In this document: piece by piece, positions 8,676 through 19,623 of the stretch
How the letters are laid out: the number at the start of each line of letters is the position of its first letter
How positions within the stretch are numbered: the first letter of the stretch is position 1
Assembly (NCBI GenBank): GCA_049510745.1
Contig: JBEKYR010000022.1
Location: 19,591 to 83,590, forward strand
Reading direction: 5' to 3'
DNA: 64,000 bases
From: Verrucomicrobiota bacterium
Lineage (GTDB): Bacteria; Verrucomicrobiota; Verrucomicrobiia; Limisphaerales; Palsa-1400
Notes under the pieces: generated by a model
Told to the model about the DNA's origin: nothing
Database searches by the model: none
What the model saw: only the letters and a program-made list of their open reading frames with translations
Program-made: the position numbers and the translations under genes

Positions 8676-10796
8676 TTACGGCTCCCAGACGGCGCGCCAG
8701 AATTGGCGGGGCGTCCCGGCGGACACGGCGTTGGTCAGGCTCACCAGCGTGGCGGACGGGGTGTTGGTGGCGGCGGGCGTCCAGATCGTCAGGTTGGTGG
8801 AAACTTGCAGGACATAGGGAGCGCCGGGCTGGGCGCGCAGTTGCAGGACGAATTGGCTCGCGCCGGGCGCCATCGGCAGCGCCGACAACGCGGGCGCGGC
8901 GGGCGCAAAGGCGAAAACGGTGACCGAATAGGGCGCGAAGACGCAGGTGAAATTCGTGCCGGCCACGGAAAAACTGGTTTGAGCGATGTCGCACGAGCCA
9001 ACGCCGGTTTCGGCCGCGTTGTCCTGGGGCATGCCGTAGGAATAGACGGTGGCGGCGGCGTTGGGCGCGAAGTTTGTCAAGACGATTTGCGCGGTGAAAC
9101 TGGCAGCGGAGTCCTTGTTGATGACCAGCAGGGTCAGCGACCCGTTGGTCCGCCGGGCGGCGTAGGCGGAAAGGAGGCCGTAGTCGCTGGATGCGTTGAG
9201 GAAGGTGTCGCCGCCGCGGATAAAGTGCTGCATCAGCTTGGCGGTGAAAAACTGCGGGTAACGATTGGACAGGGTCGTGCCCAGCCCGTTGATTATGCCG
9301 AGGTCGCCATATTGGCGCCAGCCGTAGAGGTTCGGGTCCATATTGCCGGCAAGGTCCACGCCGTTGCGCAGGTCCCACCAGACGAATGAATTGAACTCCG
9401 TCTTCATGAGCTGGCAACAGCTCTCGGCGTAGTAGAGGCCGTTGACCAGGCTGACGGATTGCTTGCCTTGACTGCCGGCGTTGCTGTTGTTCTCCGTGAC
9501 GAGCAGTTCGATGTTCGTGCCGCCCGCGCCGAAATAGCCGGTGATTTGCCCGCGCAAATCGGCGGCGTCGCCGCTCCAATTGCCGGCCCCTTGCAGCAGG
9601 AACGGATCGCTCTCCGTATCGGTGTATTCGGGATACCAATGGTAAATGGCGAAGTCCGGCGTCACCCCAAGCTTCTTCAATGTGCTCAGCAGGACAGGAG
9701 TCCAGCCGTAATGGACCTGGCCGGTGGCTGCATTGGTGGCGGGATGGTTGGTGTAGCCGTTGGCATTGGCGTCCTCGCCGGTGGTGACGACGACGCCGAC
9801 CTTGATGGTGGGATCGGCGGCTTTCATTTGCTGGATGTATGATTGGGCGCGCGTGGCGTAGGTGTAGGGATCGTGGGGGTAGGTGTTGCTGTCGGTTTCC
9901 CAAGTGCCGTAGAGTTCGTTGCCGATTTCCCAGTACTTGAAGCCGTAATGGTTGGTCACGTTCGAGTTCCTGACCCAGGCGGCGGCCTCGGCGGGCGACC
10001 CGTTGCCGTAATTGGCGGTGATGATGACGCGCGCGCCGATGTTGGTGGCCACCTGCGCAAAACTCCTGAAGGAAGTGGCCCATTGCCAGGTGTTGGAATC
10101 CGTCGTGTTGGACGCCCAATGATAGTCGTCGGACTCGGAGCCGCCCGGAAAGCGCAGGAACTGAAAGCCCGCTTCGTTCAGTTCGGAAATGGTTTCCGCG
10201 GTGTCGAAGTCGCCGTCCCAAACGGCGGTATTGATGCCGAACCAGCGAGGATCGGCCACGCGCAGGGCGTTGGTGGCGTCGAGGCCGATGTGCGTGGGGG
10301 ACGGAGCGGGCACGAAGTTCAATTGGACGGCGGCGACGAAGAAGGTGTTGGTCGAACCGGAATCGGTGAGTTGCAGCCAGAAGCCATCGCAATTGGTCTG
10401 GTCCACGATTCCCAGGGCGGAGAAGGGAACGGTGAATTGCGCCCAGTTGTTTGGCGAAAAGGCCGGCAAAACAAAACTGGACTGCGGGTTGCCGTCGAGC
10501 TCGCCGAAGACCTGGATCACCTGGCCGCCGCCGGCGCCGCCGTTCATCCAGAAGCTGAGGTTTGTGTAGGGCGCCGTGCTGAAGTCGGAGTGTTCGAACC
10601 GGAGCGCCTGCCAGTTGGTCGCGCTGGCGCTGATGCAATTGCTGCCGGCGTACGTGGCGCTGAAATTATTGGGCGCCCAACTCCAGTTCTGAAAACCATT
10701 GAGAAGCTCATCCGTATAGATCGGCAGCGGCGCCTGGGCGGCAACCTTTTGCAGCAGCATCAGGCTGCACGCTGTCAGCAGGACGCGGAAATTCAT
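8676..10796 (-). CDS. Secreted glycoside hydrolase (GH-A clan, alpha-L-arabinofuranosidase/GH51-GH44-like) with N-terminal CBM-like module and C-terminal sorting-like domain
   Basis: Signal peptide, LRFPGGSESDDYHW, YWEIGNELYG, LLVTENN; ends ...RQFWRAVWEP. Confidence 0.75.
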   Translation of the reverse strand: MNFRVLLTACSLMLLQKVAAQAPLPIYTDELLNGFQNWSWAPNNFSATYAGSNCISASATNWQALRFEHSDFSTAPYTNLSFWMNGGAGGGQVIQVFGELDGNPQSSFVLPAFSPNNWAQFTVPFSALGIVDQTNCDGFWLQLTDSGSTNTFFVAAVQLNFVPAPSPTHIGLDATNALRVADPRWFGINTAVWDGDFDTAETISELNEAGFQFLRFPGGSESDDYHWASNTTDSNTWQWATSFRSFAQVATNIGARVIITANYGNGSPAEAAAWVRNSNVTNHYGFKYWEIGNELYGTWETDSNTYPHDPYTYATRAQSYIQQMKAADPTIKVGVVVTTGEDANANGYTNHPATNAATGQVHYGWTPVLLSTLKKLGVTPDFAIYHWYPEYTDTESDPFLLQGAGNWSGDAADLRGQITGYFGAGGTNIELLVTENNSNAGSQGKQSVSLVNGLYYAESCCQLMKTEFNSFVWWDLRNGVDLAGNMDPNLYGWRQYGDLGIINGLGTTLSNRYPQFFTAKLMQHFIRGGDTFLNASSDYGLLSAYAARRTNGSLTLLVINKDSAASFTAQIVLTNFAPNAAATVYSYGMPQDNAAETGVGSCDIAQTSFSVAGTNFTCVFAPYSVTVFAFAPAAPALSALPMAPGASQFVLQLRAQPGAPYVLQVSTNLTIWTPAATNTPSATLVSLTNAVSAGTPRQFWRAVWEP

Positions 10797-10844
10797 TCCA
10801 GTCTATAACCCAATCCGCCGCAGAAAGCAAACCACCCCGCGCCC

Positions 10845-11795
10845 TCAGCGATGCGCGGAGGTGAGGGGCGCCAGGTATAGGAGATCTTTGTCAGCCGGGG
10901 ACTGTGCGGTCCCGCCTGTGCCGCCTTGGCCGGGTAATAAATCTGACGGGGTGGTGTAGGTGCGCGGATCCAGCCACCTGTGAATGATCGAATGGCCGTC
11001 GGCAAAAGCTATGCCGGCTGCCCGATTATGATTGCCGGAGGGCCAATCAATGATATAGGTGGTTGAAGCCGAATAGGCCGCCGATACCGCCAGGGACGCG
11101 TCGTTGATGGAGTAAGGGTTTTCGTCCATGATCACCCATGTGTTGCCCGGGCCTGGTTTGGTGAAGGCTGACGTTTTGCCATAGGTCAACCACGTGCTCT
11201 GAGGGACGGTGTAGCTGGTGCCGTCCAGCCATCCGCCTTGGACCGGCGCGCCGAGCGCGGGCGTTCCGCCGGCATAGTATTGGTACCAAGTCGTCCCAAC
11301 GGCGGAGTTCATGGACATGCTCCGCACATGCACTTGGTGCGATTGTGGGTCAATGTACTGGTCCGCCGGACAATGGTAAACGCCAGGGCTGGTCACATAA
11401 TGAGCGAGCGCCGTGCCGACGGGGTCCGTGAGTTCGGCGATATTTGTCGAGTCAATCGCCTGTTCCATCGTGCCGCAAACCCAATTCTTCACATTGTTTT
11501 TCCTGGCAAAGGTCGCATAACAGGTCTCGTACGGATAATCATTGGGGGCGAGGATGTCATTGTTATCGTCCGCGTACATGCGCCAGCCCACCATGAGCTG
11601 GTGGCCGTTGCTCATGCACTGGGATGACTGCGCCTGCTGTTTGGCGAGCGCCAACGCCGGGAGGAGCAGGGCCGCCAAAATGGCGATGATGGCAATGACG
11701 ACAAGCAACTCAATGAGTGTGAAACCGCCAGCCTGACAAGGCTGGCGCCGGCCTGAACCGGCCCCCAGCGTATTGGCAGATAAGATCATACGCAT
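10845..11795 (-). CDS. Prepilin-type N-methylation domain protein with H-X9-DG motif (DUF1559-like)
   Basis: [52 protein letters not shown]; start 11795 or 11789. Confidence 0.9.
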   Translation of the reverse strand: MRMILSANTLGAGSGRRQPCQAGGFTLIELLVVIAIIAILAALLLPALALAKQQAQSSQCMSNGHQLMVGWRMYADDNNDILAPNDYPYETCYATFARKNNVKNWVCGTMEQAIDSTNIAELTDPVGTALAHYVTSPGVYHCPADQYIDPQSHQVHVRSMSMNSAVGTTWYQYYAGGTPALGAPVQGGWLDGTSYTVPQSTWLTYGKTSAFTKPGPGNTWVIMDENPYSINDASLAVSAAYSASTTYIIDWPSGNHNRAAGIAFADGHSIIHRWLDPRTYTTPSDLLPGQGGTGGTAQSPADKDLLYLAPLTSAHR

Positions 11796-11819
11796 TTGTG
11801 TTTTTTTCCAACCAAAGAA

Positions 11820-11849
11820 AGGCGCCGGCCGGCGGGCCGGCCGGCGCCT
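11820..11849 (-). terminator. GC-rich hairpin followed by TTCTTT (intrinsic terminator/attenuator) between the large secreted gene and the prepilin gene
   Basis: AGGCGCCGGCCGGC-GG-GCCGGCCGGCGCCT perfect stem just past the stop at 11863. Confidence 0.65.
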
Positions 11850-11862
11850 CGCATCACACCAA

Positions 11863-14226
11863 TCAAGGATTCTCCAATTCGAAGAAGAAGTTGCCGCTGG
11901 TTGGCAGGTTGGTGATGTCAACTTCCGATGAGAAATAAGTCGCATCAAGATACGCGCCAGCGGTCAGAGTCGCGTTCGTGCCCCAACCGGACGGCCCCGC
12001 GGTCGTGTTGGTCAGCACCATCAAACCGGCTCCAGCATTCGCTGTCCAGTTCAGGGAGAACATGGTGTTGGTCCCGATGAGATAGATGCCATTCGCTGTT
12101 TTGCTATCCGACGTGTCGTCCCATTGGACGCCGCTGAGAGTCCCAGTCCAGGCCTGACCCTGGCCGGGGATGGCATTCCCCCCGCTGCCGGCGGGGCCTG
12201 CTTCGCCGCCATTGGCGGCGGAGCCGGTATTGGCCTCGGCCACAAAGTCTTGCGAGAGCGGGGTGACACCACCACCCGAGATGGAGACTTTCTGGAGGAC
12301 CCATCGGGTGCCTTCGCTGGCGGCGCCGTTGCCTTGCGCGCCGAAATAGACATACATGTTACCCGGCGGGAAATTGGCTTCCACATCAGCCGATTGGAGG
12401 CCCAACGGGAACGGCAGGGTGACGGAGTCGTGGTTGGGAGCCACGCAAAGGATGCTGGTGTTACCCGAGATGGTGAACGACCACGTTCCCACAGTCGGCC
12501 CGTAATTGGTCCACGTCGGGTCCGGGAAGGCATTACTGGTTACGGTGGCCCCATTTATCTGGGTGGGAGAATCGTAGAGATCCCCATTGCTGTTAGCCTG
12601 ATTCGTTTTGCACTGCAACTGGACGATGGAAGCTGTGCCATTATTGGTGGGAGTGACGGTGATCTTGAAAATTGACTCGTCAGCCCAGTCCGGTTCATAA
12701 GACGTGCCGTTTTCATCAAAGGCGATTACACCGAAGCTGGAGTTTGTGCCCGGAGTATAGCCATAGGTCACGCTGTAGGTAACCGGGCCGGTGGCGTCCA
12801 CGAATGAGTAGCCAGAGGCCAGCGTGCAGATTTGTTCGCGATCATACTGGGCATTGCCGGCCGTTCCGGTAAAGTTGCACTGCAAGCCGGGAACAGGCTT
12901 GGCCAGCGTCACGGTCGCCTGATTAGGATGCGTGGGTATGACGGCTCCATCGAAGGTGATGTTATCGATCCAAAATGCCACGGTGCCATTGATATTTGGT
13001 GTCCCCACCCATTTCTTGAACCATATGCCAAGCATCTGGACATCGGCAGGCTTAACAGTAGTAATCGGACAAACGATATGCTGCCATGAGTTGGAGGCCG
13101 CATCCGGGATGTAGGTGGTCTTGGTACCGCAGATTTCATCCTGACCGCCGCCGCCGGTGGGATTGGGAATGGGACTGTTTTCGTAGGCGCCAATGGGAAA
13201 CCCGGCGACGTCTCCCTCGAGGTTGAAGGTGTCAATGTCCACGGTGGAATTGTTGGTGTCCCAGAGCACATCCAACTCAATGGCGGAGTACTGCGCGGCA
13301 TTGATTAGAAAGGCAGCGTTGGTTTCGACTTCGAAATTAGCGAGATTGGTGTCGAAAGGAATGCCCAAGACGAGGGCGTTGTTGCCGGAGGCGAATTGGG
13401 CTGAAATATAGAGTGAACCTGAATTGGTGTTGCCCTTGGAATCGTTGGTGCTCCAGGTCACGTAATTGGTCTCGCCATACCACGGGTTGGACAAATCAGT
13501 GATCCCGTTCAGGGTGGCGCCCTCAATCGCCACGACGCTCGAGGAGTCGTTAAACTGGAACGTGGCGGGGGCGTAGTTCGGGTATGTCGCGGCGGGGGCG
13601 GTGAACTTGACGTTGGCAATTTCAACGATCAGAGTCCCGGCGTTGGTGTAATTATTGTCATACGGATCAATGTCGAGGGCCTTGATATCATTCCAATTGG
13701 TGGCCGCAGGGGGGCCTCCCATGCTGCTGGCCGGCCAGATGACATGCATCCAGCCGTTATTGGTGGCAACAGGGGCCAGGTTAAAGCCGGGGCTGCCTTG
13801 CCAGTTCCAGCCGCCACCTGTCTTGAGTGCCCCTTGGAACCAGCAGGCAGTGCCGTATTGGTCCAAAGCCGAACCGGGGGCGACTTTGACGTCCATCTCG
13901 ATGGCGGTGTAGGTGCTGGCGTTAAAGTCATTCAAGCCAATAGTGATTCCAATATTGGCGTCTGTGCCCCCGGGGCCATAGGAGCTTGTTAACACCATGC
14001 AACCGGTCGAGGGGCCGCCCGCAGGGGCGTCACCGGCCTTAAAAGTGATGGTGGTTCCGGGTACGTTTGGATTTCCAAAGTCATACGACCATGCATTGAT
14101 GTCTGCGCTGCTGTCGAAGGTGCTGACAACGTGAATAATCTGGCCGTAAGCGGCCCCGGCGCCGGCGGTGAAGATCAGACATGCCAGAGCGGCATGCGAC
14201 CAGCATTTTTTAAAGGATGTTTTCAT
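11863..14226 (-). CDS. Large secreted protein (787 aa) with two tandem CBM/galactose-binding-like modules; no catalytic motif recognised
   Basis: Signal peptide [28 protein letters not shown]; repeats [24 protein letters not shown] and [24 protein letters not shown]; ends [10 protein letters not shown]. Confidence 0.7.
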   Translation of the reverse strand: MKTSFKKCWSHAALACLIFTAGAGAAYGQIIHVVSTFDSSADINAWSYDFGNPNVPGTTITFKAGDAPAGGPSTGCMVLTSSYGPGGTDANIGITIGLNDFNASTYTAIEMDVKVAPGSALDQYGTACWFQGALKTGGGWNWQGSPGFNLAPVATNNGWMHVIWPASSMGGPPAATNWNDIKALDIDPYDNNYTNAGTLIVEIANVKFTAPAATYPNYAPATFQFNDSSSVVAIEGATLNGITDLSNPWYGETNYVTWSTNDSKGNTNSGSLYISAQFASGNNALVLGIPFDTNLANFEVETNAAFLINAAQYSAIELDVLWDTNNSTVDIDTFNLEGDVAGFPIGAYENSPIPNPTGGGGQDEICGTKTTYIPDAASNSWQHIVCPITTVKPADVQMLGIWFKKWVGTPNINGTVAFWIDNITFDGAVIPTHPNQATVTLAKPVPGLQCNFTGTAGNAQYDREQICTLASGYSFVDATGPVTYSVTYGYTPGTNSSFGVIAFDENGTSYEPDWADESIFKITVTPTNNGTASIVQLQCKTNQANSNGDLYDSPTQINGATVTSNAFPDPTWTNYGPTVGTWSFTISGNTSILCVAPNHDSVTLPFPLGLQSADVEANFPPGNMYVYFGAQGNGAASEGTRWVLQKVSISGGGVTPLSQDFVAEANTGSAANGGEAGPAGSGGNAIPGQGQAWTGTLSGVQWDDTSDSKTANGIYLIGTNTMFSLNWTANAGAGLMVLTNTTAGPSGWGTNATLTAGAYLDATYFSSEVDITNLPTSGNFFFELENP

Positions 14227-14396
14227 AACGCATTTTTCCGACCGATTCTTATACGATGCTGAGTTTATTTGGATGTTTGCCATGCGCTTTTCGATTCGGA
14301 CCCGAAGCCAAAAGACGCATGTATTCTCATGGAATGCCGCGATTCTCGGCTTTCGCGCCGGAATTGTCACGCACGCATTGGTCACGCCCTCTTATC

Positions 14397-14420
14397 ATAC
14401 TAAAGTATAGGTCTTTAGTA
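14397..14420. promoter_or_regulatory. Inverted repeat TACTAAAG-N7-CTTTAGTA, candidate operator for the adjacent NarL-type regulator
   Basis: AT-rich palindrome in the divergent intergenic region of an otherwise GC-rich locus. Confidence 0.55.
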
Positions 14421-14550
14421 ACCGGAGTGCCGTATTGACGGAAACGCCGATTTGTTCAGACTGCTCCCGACCATGGTTGTCATCTCCTCATTTCGATTGG
14501 AGGTCAATCGCCGCATTGATGTTTCAGCGATATTCTGGCACGATGGCAGC

Positions 14551-16704
14551 GTGAAAGCAAGCTATTTTGATCCGGCAAAAAGCCCCTTTTCCCTGTGGAT
14601 TGTCCTGCTGCCCACCCTGGTGTTTTCCGTCGCGGCCAGGAGGGCGGCGGCGCAAACGGCGGAACTTCCCACCCTCACTTCGGTGCGCCAGGTTCGGGAA
14701 GTGACGCCCGAACAGGCCGCCAAACGATACCCGGTGCGTCTGCGGGGGGTCGTGACTTTTTGCGAGGCATCGTATGACATGGGAATGTTTATTCACGACG
14801 CCACCGGGGGGATTTACGTCAAGCTGAACGAGGGGACAATCAACCTCAACGCGGGCGACGACGTGGAGATCGAGGGCCGCAGCGGGCCGGGAGATTTTGT
14901 GCCGGTGGTGCGGCTTGAGCGGGTGAAAGTTCTGGGCCGGGCGGCGCTGCCCGACCCTGACCGCGTCACTTATGAGCAGTTGGCCACCGGCAGCGAGGAC
15001 GGCCAATGGGTCGAACTGCGTGGAGTGGTGCGCTCGATTGTTCCTTCGGTGCGGGGGCACATGCTGGTTGATCTGCTGACCGATGGCCAGCGGCTGAGCG
15101 CGCTGGTCACGCGATTCGATCCGGCCGACGCGGAGAAGCTCATTGCCGCGACCGTGCGGGTGCGCGGCGTCTGCCGCACCAGTTTCAATAACCGCCGCCA
15201 AATGCGCGCCCCGTTCCTAAGCGTGACCAGTTCCGATGACCTGACGATGGAAACGCCGGCGGCGGGCGGGACGGTGGAAGTGCCGCTGGCCCGGCTCTTC
15301 CAATTCAACTCGCAAGGTTACTATGGCCGGCGGGTCAGAGTGCAAGGCGTGGTGACGGCGCAGAAAGGGACCTCGCTGTTCATCCAGGACCAAGGCGAGG
15401 GCCTGTCGATCAAAACCCCCCAGACCAACCTGTTCTTTCCCGGCGATCTGGTGGTCGTGGCCGGGTTTCCCACCGTCGGCCAGTATTTGCCCGTGCTGGA
15501 GGACGCCATGGTGCAGCGCCTGGGCCATCGCTCTCCGCCGCCGCCCATCAACGCGAGGATTAATCAGTTGATGTCCGAGGATTATGACGGCGCGCTGGTC
15601 CGGTTGCGGGGCCGGCTGATGAACCGGGCATTGCGCGGTGACGAGCAGGTGCTGGTGCTGGAGGCGGAGAACCTGATTCTGAGCGCCCGGGTGGACACCG
15701 CCAACACCGACCGCCGCTTCAACGCCTTGCAGATTGGCAGTGAATTGGAGTTGACAGGCGTTTGCCTGCCGCAGCCCATGGAAAACTGGAATCCCTCCAT
15801 TGAAACCCACCCCGAATCGTTCCAATTGTTGCTGCGCTCCTCCAACGACGTGGTGGTCCTCCGCAATCCGCCGTGGTGGACGCTCTCCCGGCTGCTCTGG
15901 ACGCTGGGCGTGATGACGGTGATTCTGCTGGCGGGCTTCGCCTGGGTTTTTGTGCTGAACCGGCGGGTGCGCCACCAGACGGCCATCATTCAACAGAAAC
16001 TCCAGCGGGAGGCGGTGCTGGAAGAGCGCACGCGCATCGCGCGCGAATTTCACGACACGCTCGAGCAGGAACTGGTGGCCATCACCATCCAACTGGAAAC
16101 GGTCGCCGACCAATTCAACACCGCCCCGCGCATCGCGCGCCAGATGCTCGAACTGGCGCGGCAAATGAGCCGGCGCAGCCTCTTTGAAGCGCGCCGCTCG
16201 GTCTGGGATTTGCGCTCGCACCTGCTGGAAAACAGCAACCTGGACTCCGCCTTGCGCGAAGTCACCAAACTGATGTCGGCCAGTTCGTGCGTGCCCATTG
16301 CGGCGGAGACCAGCGGCGTGCCGCGCAAATTGCCGCCGCAAGTGGAGAACAACCTGCTGCGCATCGCCCAGGAAGCGCTGGCCAACGCGCTCAAGCACGC
16401 CCGCGCCAGCCAGATCACCGTCCACCTGGCTTATGACCCCGGCAAAGTCTCTTTGCGGGTGGAGGATGACGGGGTGGGGTTCGACACCAACAACAGCGCG
16501 GTCGTTTATGGCGGCCATTTCGGATTGCTGGACATGAGCGAACGGGCGGAAAAGATGGGCGGCTCTTTCACGATGATCAGCGCGCCCGGCCAGGGCGCCA
16601 AAATCATCGTCGAGTTCGCGGAAAGAGGCGCGGCTGTGGCCGCCGCCGCCGGGCCGGAGCGCCAGTTGCATTTGCCCGCCGCCGGACGATCTGAATTTTT
16701 ATGA
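14551..16704 (+). CDS. Membrane sensor histidine kinase (HisKA_3/NarX-like) with repeated OB-like extracytoplasmic modules
   Basis: PPWWT+TM, ERTRIAREFHDTLEQ, QEALANALKHA, DDGVGF, GHFGLLDMSER; start uncertain (GTG 14551). Confidence 0.9.
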   Translation: MKASYFDPAKSPFSLWIVLLPTLVFSVAARRAAAQTAELPTLTSVRQVREVTPEQAAKRYPVRLRGVVTFCEASYDMGMFIHDATGGIYVKLNEGTINLNAGDDVEIEGRSGPGDFVPVVRLERVKVLGRAALPDPDRVTYEQLATGSEDGQWVELRGVVRSIVPSVRGHMLVDLLTDGQRLSALVTRFDPADAEKLIAATVRVRGVCRTSFNNRRQMRAPFLSVTSSDDLTMETPAAGGTVEVPLARLFQFNSQGYYGRRVRVQGVVTAQKGTSLFIQDQGEGLSIKTPQTNLFFPGDLVVVAGFPTVGQYLPVLEDAMVQRLGHRSPPPPINARINQLMSEDYDGALVRLRGRLMNRALRGDEQVLVLEAENLILSARVDTANTDRRFNALQIGSELELTGVCLPQPMENWNPSIETHPESFQLLLRSSNDVVVLRNPPWWTLSRLLWTLGVMTVILLAGFAWVFVLNRRVRHQTAIIQQKLQREAVLEERTRIAREFHDTLEQELVAITIQLETVADQFNTAPRIARQMLELARQMSRRSLFEARRSVWDLRSHLLENSNLDSALREVTKLMSASSCVPIAAETSGVPRKLPPQVENNLLRIAQEALANALKHARASQITVHLAYDPGKVSLRVEDDGVGFDTNNSAVVYGGHFGLLDMSERAEKMGGSFTMISAPGQGAKIIVEFAERGAAVAAAAGPERQLHLPAAGRSEFL

Positions 16705-17339
16705 CAGCGGACGCCAAAAAGAAAATCAGCGTCATGGTGGTCGATGACCATTTCGTGGTGCGCATGGGTTTGAGCGGCTCGATCAACGTCGAAGCCGACA
16801 TGGCTGTCACGACCGAAGCCTCCACGGGCGAGCAAGCCGTGGCCGCCTACCGCCAGCACCGGCCGGACATCGTTTTGATGGATTTGAAACTGCCGGGCAT
16901 AAGCGGGGTGGAGGCGACCAAGGCCATCTGCACCGAGTTCCCCGGCGCGGCCGTCATCATGCTTTCGACCCACGACGGCGAGGAGGACATTTATCGCTCG
17001 CTCCAGGCCGGGGCGCGCACCTACCTCCTCAAGACCGCCGCGCGCAACGAGTTGATCGACACTATCCGCGCCGTCCATGCGGGCCAGCGGGCCATCTCGC
17101 CGGCGGTCGGAGCGCGCCTGGCCGAACGGATGATGCACCCGGACCTGACGGCGCGGGAGATCGACGTGTTGCGCTTGATCGTCAAGGGCCGGAGCAACAA
17201 GGAAATCGCCGCCGACTTGTTCATTGCCGAGGTCACCGTCAAGCTGCACGTGGGCCATATTCTGACCAAACTGAGCGTCAACGACCGCACCCAGGCCGCC
17301 ACCACCGCCCTGCAACGCGGCCTCATTCATCTCGAGTAA
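16701..17339 (+). CDS. NarL/LuxR-family response regulator
   Basis: VVDDHFVVR, DIVLMDLKLP, LTAREIDVL...GRSNKEIA HTH. Confidence 0.95.
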   Translation: MTADAKKKISVMVVDDHFVVRMGLSGSINVEADMAVTTEASTGEQAVAAYRQHRPDIVLMDLKLPGISGVEATKAICTEFPGAAVIMLSTHDGEEDIYRSLQAGARTYLLKTAARNELIDTIRAVHAGQRAISPAVGARLAERMMHPDLTAREIDVLRLIVKGRSNKEIAADLFIAEVTVKLHVGHILTKLSVNDRTQAATTALQRGLIHLE

Positions 17340-17349
17340 CCCCCCCATT

Positions 17350-19551
17350 GTGAATAACCAATCCATCTTGTTCGCCGCTTTCATGTCGATAACAACTGCC
17401 CCTTTGCTCCCGGCCGCGGAACAGCCGCTTTACCTGGACGCCCGCCAGCCCCGCCAAGCGCGGGTGGAGGATTTGCTCCAGCGCCTGACCCTGGAAGAGA
17501 AGGTGTCGCTCGTGCATGGAGACTCGTATTTCGGCACGGCCCCCATCCCGCGCCTGGGCATCGCCCGCCGCTGGCTTTCCGACGGCCCTCACGGAGTGCG
17601 GGAAGACATCGGGCCGGATACTTGGAGAACGGCCGGGCACACCGATGACTTTTCCACTTGCATGCCCGCCGGCATTGCGCTGGCCGCAACCTGGAATCCC
17701 GGCCTGGCGCGCGCGGAGGGCGAAGCCATCGGCCAGGAAGCGCGCCAGCGCGGCAAACAGATCATGCTCGGACCCGGCCTCAACATCGAGCGGACGCCGT
17801 TGTGCGGACGCAGCTTCGAATACATGGGCGAGGACCCGTTTCTGACCGCGCGCATGGCGGTGGATTACATTCGCGGCGTCCAATCCCAGGGCGTGGCCTC
17901 CTGCGCCAAGCATTTTGCCGGCAACAACCAGGAATGGGACCGCTTTACCATCAACGTCGAGGTCGATGAGCGCGCCTTGCGGGAGATTTATCTTCCGGCC
18001 TTCCGGGCGGCGGTGCAGGAGGCCGGCGTCTGGGCCGTCATGGGCGCCTACAACAAACTCCGCGGCCAGTTCTGTTGCCAAAACGATTTTCTCCTCAACA
18101 AAATCCTCAAAGGCGAGTGGGGCTTCCAAGGACTGGTCGTCTCCGATTGGGCCGCCACCCACGACACCCGGGAAGCGGTCTTGAACGGTTTGGACCTCGA
18201 AATGGGAACCCAAACCAATTTCGACCGGTTTTTCCTGGCAACCCCTTATCTGGATGGCTTGCGCAAGGGCCAGTTCCCGATGTCGGGCCTGGACGACAAA
18301 GTGCGGCGCAATCTCAGGGTCATGATGGCCGCCCACATGTTTGATCCCGGCCCGCCAGGCTCCCTGAACACCCCCGAACACCAAGCCGTGGCCCGCCGCG
18401 TCGCCGAGGAAGCCATCGTCCTGCTGAAAAACGACGGCGGCGCGCTCCCTCTGGATGTGTCCGCCATCAAGTCCCTGGCCGTCATCGGCGAGAACGCGGT
18501 CGCGTTGCAGGCGCATGGCGGCGAGAGTTCGGCGATCAAGCCGCTTTATGAAATTACGCCCTTGCAGGGCATCCTTCAGCGCGCGGGCAGCCGCGTCAAC
18601 ATCACTTACGCGCGGGGTTACGGCGAGAACGCCGACGCCGGCCTGGTCGAGCAAGCGGTGCGGGCCGCCCGGCAAGCGGACGCGGTCATCGTGGTGGCCG
18701 GGTTGGGGCATGGGCCTTTTTGCGACACCGAAGGGACGGACCGCAAAGACCTCAAGCTGCCTTTCGGGCAGGACGACCTGATCGACAAAGTCCGCCAAGC
18801 CAATCCCAGGACCATCGTGCTCGTGGTGGCCGGTTCGCCGGTGGAAATGGACCCCTGGCTGGCGGGCGTGCCGGCGGTTTTGCAGTGCTGGTATTCGGGC
18901 ATGGAAGGCGGCAACGCCATCGCGCGGGTGCTCTTCGGCGACGTGACCCCTTCGGGCAAACTGCCCTGCACCTTTCCCAGGCATCTGGCCGACTCGCCCG
19001 CCCATGCGCTGCACGCCTATCCCGGCCAGGACGGCACCGTGCGCTATGAAGAGGGGTTGCTCGTTGGATACCGCTACTTCGACACGAAAAACGTCGAACC
19101 CCTCTTTCCGTTCGGTCACGGCTTGTCTTACACCCGGTTTGAGTATTCCAAGTTCGAGCTGGCCAGGAACACCTCGGCGGGAGACCCCGTCGTGAGCGTG
19201 AAATTCGAGATGGCCAACGTCGGGGACCGCAACGGCGGCGAGGTGGCGCAAGTCTATGTGCATCAACTCCATCCGGGACTGCCCCGCCCCCTCAAGGAAC
19301 TCAAAGGCTTCAGCAAGGTCTTCCTGGCGCCAAACGAGAAGCAGGCCGTTTCCATTCCGTTGGACGAGAGCGCCTTTGCCTATTACGACCCGGACAAGGG
19401 CGGCTGGCTGGCGGAGAAGGGCGACTTCGAAATCCTGGTCGGCAGCTCCTCGCGGGACATCCGATGGAAAGGCACATTCACCCTGGACCAGACGACGTTG
19501 CGGCCGCCGGCGCTTTCCGCGCAATTGAAAACGCAGACCGCGCCACAGTAG
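17350..19551 (+). CDS. Glycoside hydrolase family 3 beta-glucosidase, secreted
   Basis: SDGPHGVR, GRSFEYMGEDP, CAKHFAGN, VVSDW, YEEGLLVGYRYFD, FPFGHGLSYT, Fn3-like C-terminus. Confidence 0.95.
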   Translation: MNNQSILFAAFMSITTAPLLPAAEQPLYLDARQPRQARVEDLLQRLTLEEKVSLVHGDSYFGTAPIPRLGIARRWLSDGPHGVREDIGPDTWRTAGHTDDFSTCMPAGIALAATWNPGLARAEGEAIGQEARQRGKQIMLGPGLNIERTPLCGRSFEYMGEDPFLTARMAVDYIRGVQSQGVASCAKHFAGNNQEWDRFTINVEVDERALREIYLPAFRAAVQEAGVWAVMGAYNKLRGQFCCQNDFLLNKILKGEWGFQGLVVSDWAATHDTREAVLNGLDLEMGTQTNFDRFFLATPYLDGLRKGQFPMSGLDDKVRRNLRVMMAAHMFDPGPPGSLNTPEHQAVARRVAEEAIVLLKNDGGALPLDVSAIKSLAVIGENAVALQAHGGESSAIKPLYEITPLQGILQRAGSRVNITYARGYGENADAGLVEQAVRAARQADAVIVVAGLGHGPFCDTEGTDRKDLKLPFGQDDLIDKVRQANPRTIVLVVAGSPVEMDPWLAGVPAVLQCWYSGMEGGNAIARVLFGDVTPSGKLPCTFPRHLADSPAHALHAYPGQDGTVRYEEGLLVGYRYFDTKNVEPLFPFGHGLSYTRFEYSKFELARNTSAGDPVVSVKFEMANVGDRNGGEVAQVYVHQLHPGLPRPLKELKGFSKVFLAPNEKQAVSIPLDESAFAYYDPDKGGWLAEKGDFEILVGSSSRDIRWKGTFTLDQTTLRPPALSAQLKTQTAPQ

Positions 19552-19623
19552 TGGCGGAACTTGGGCAGGTTGAATGGCGCAACCAACCTTTGCGGCCATA
19601 GGAGTTTGCAGACACGCTCTTAA

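Noticed and set aside
14536..14550. Sigma-54 promoter TGGCACGATGGCAGC before the kinase
   Set aside because: The -12 element is not TTGC-like at the required spacing, and it abuts the start codon
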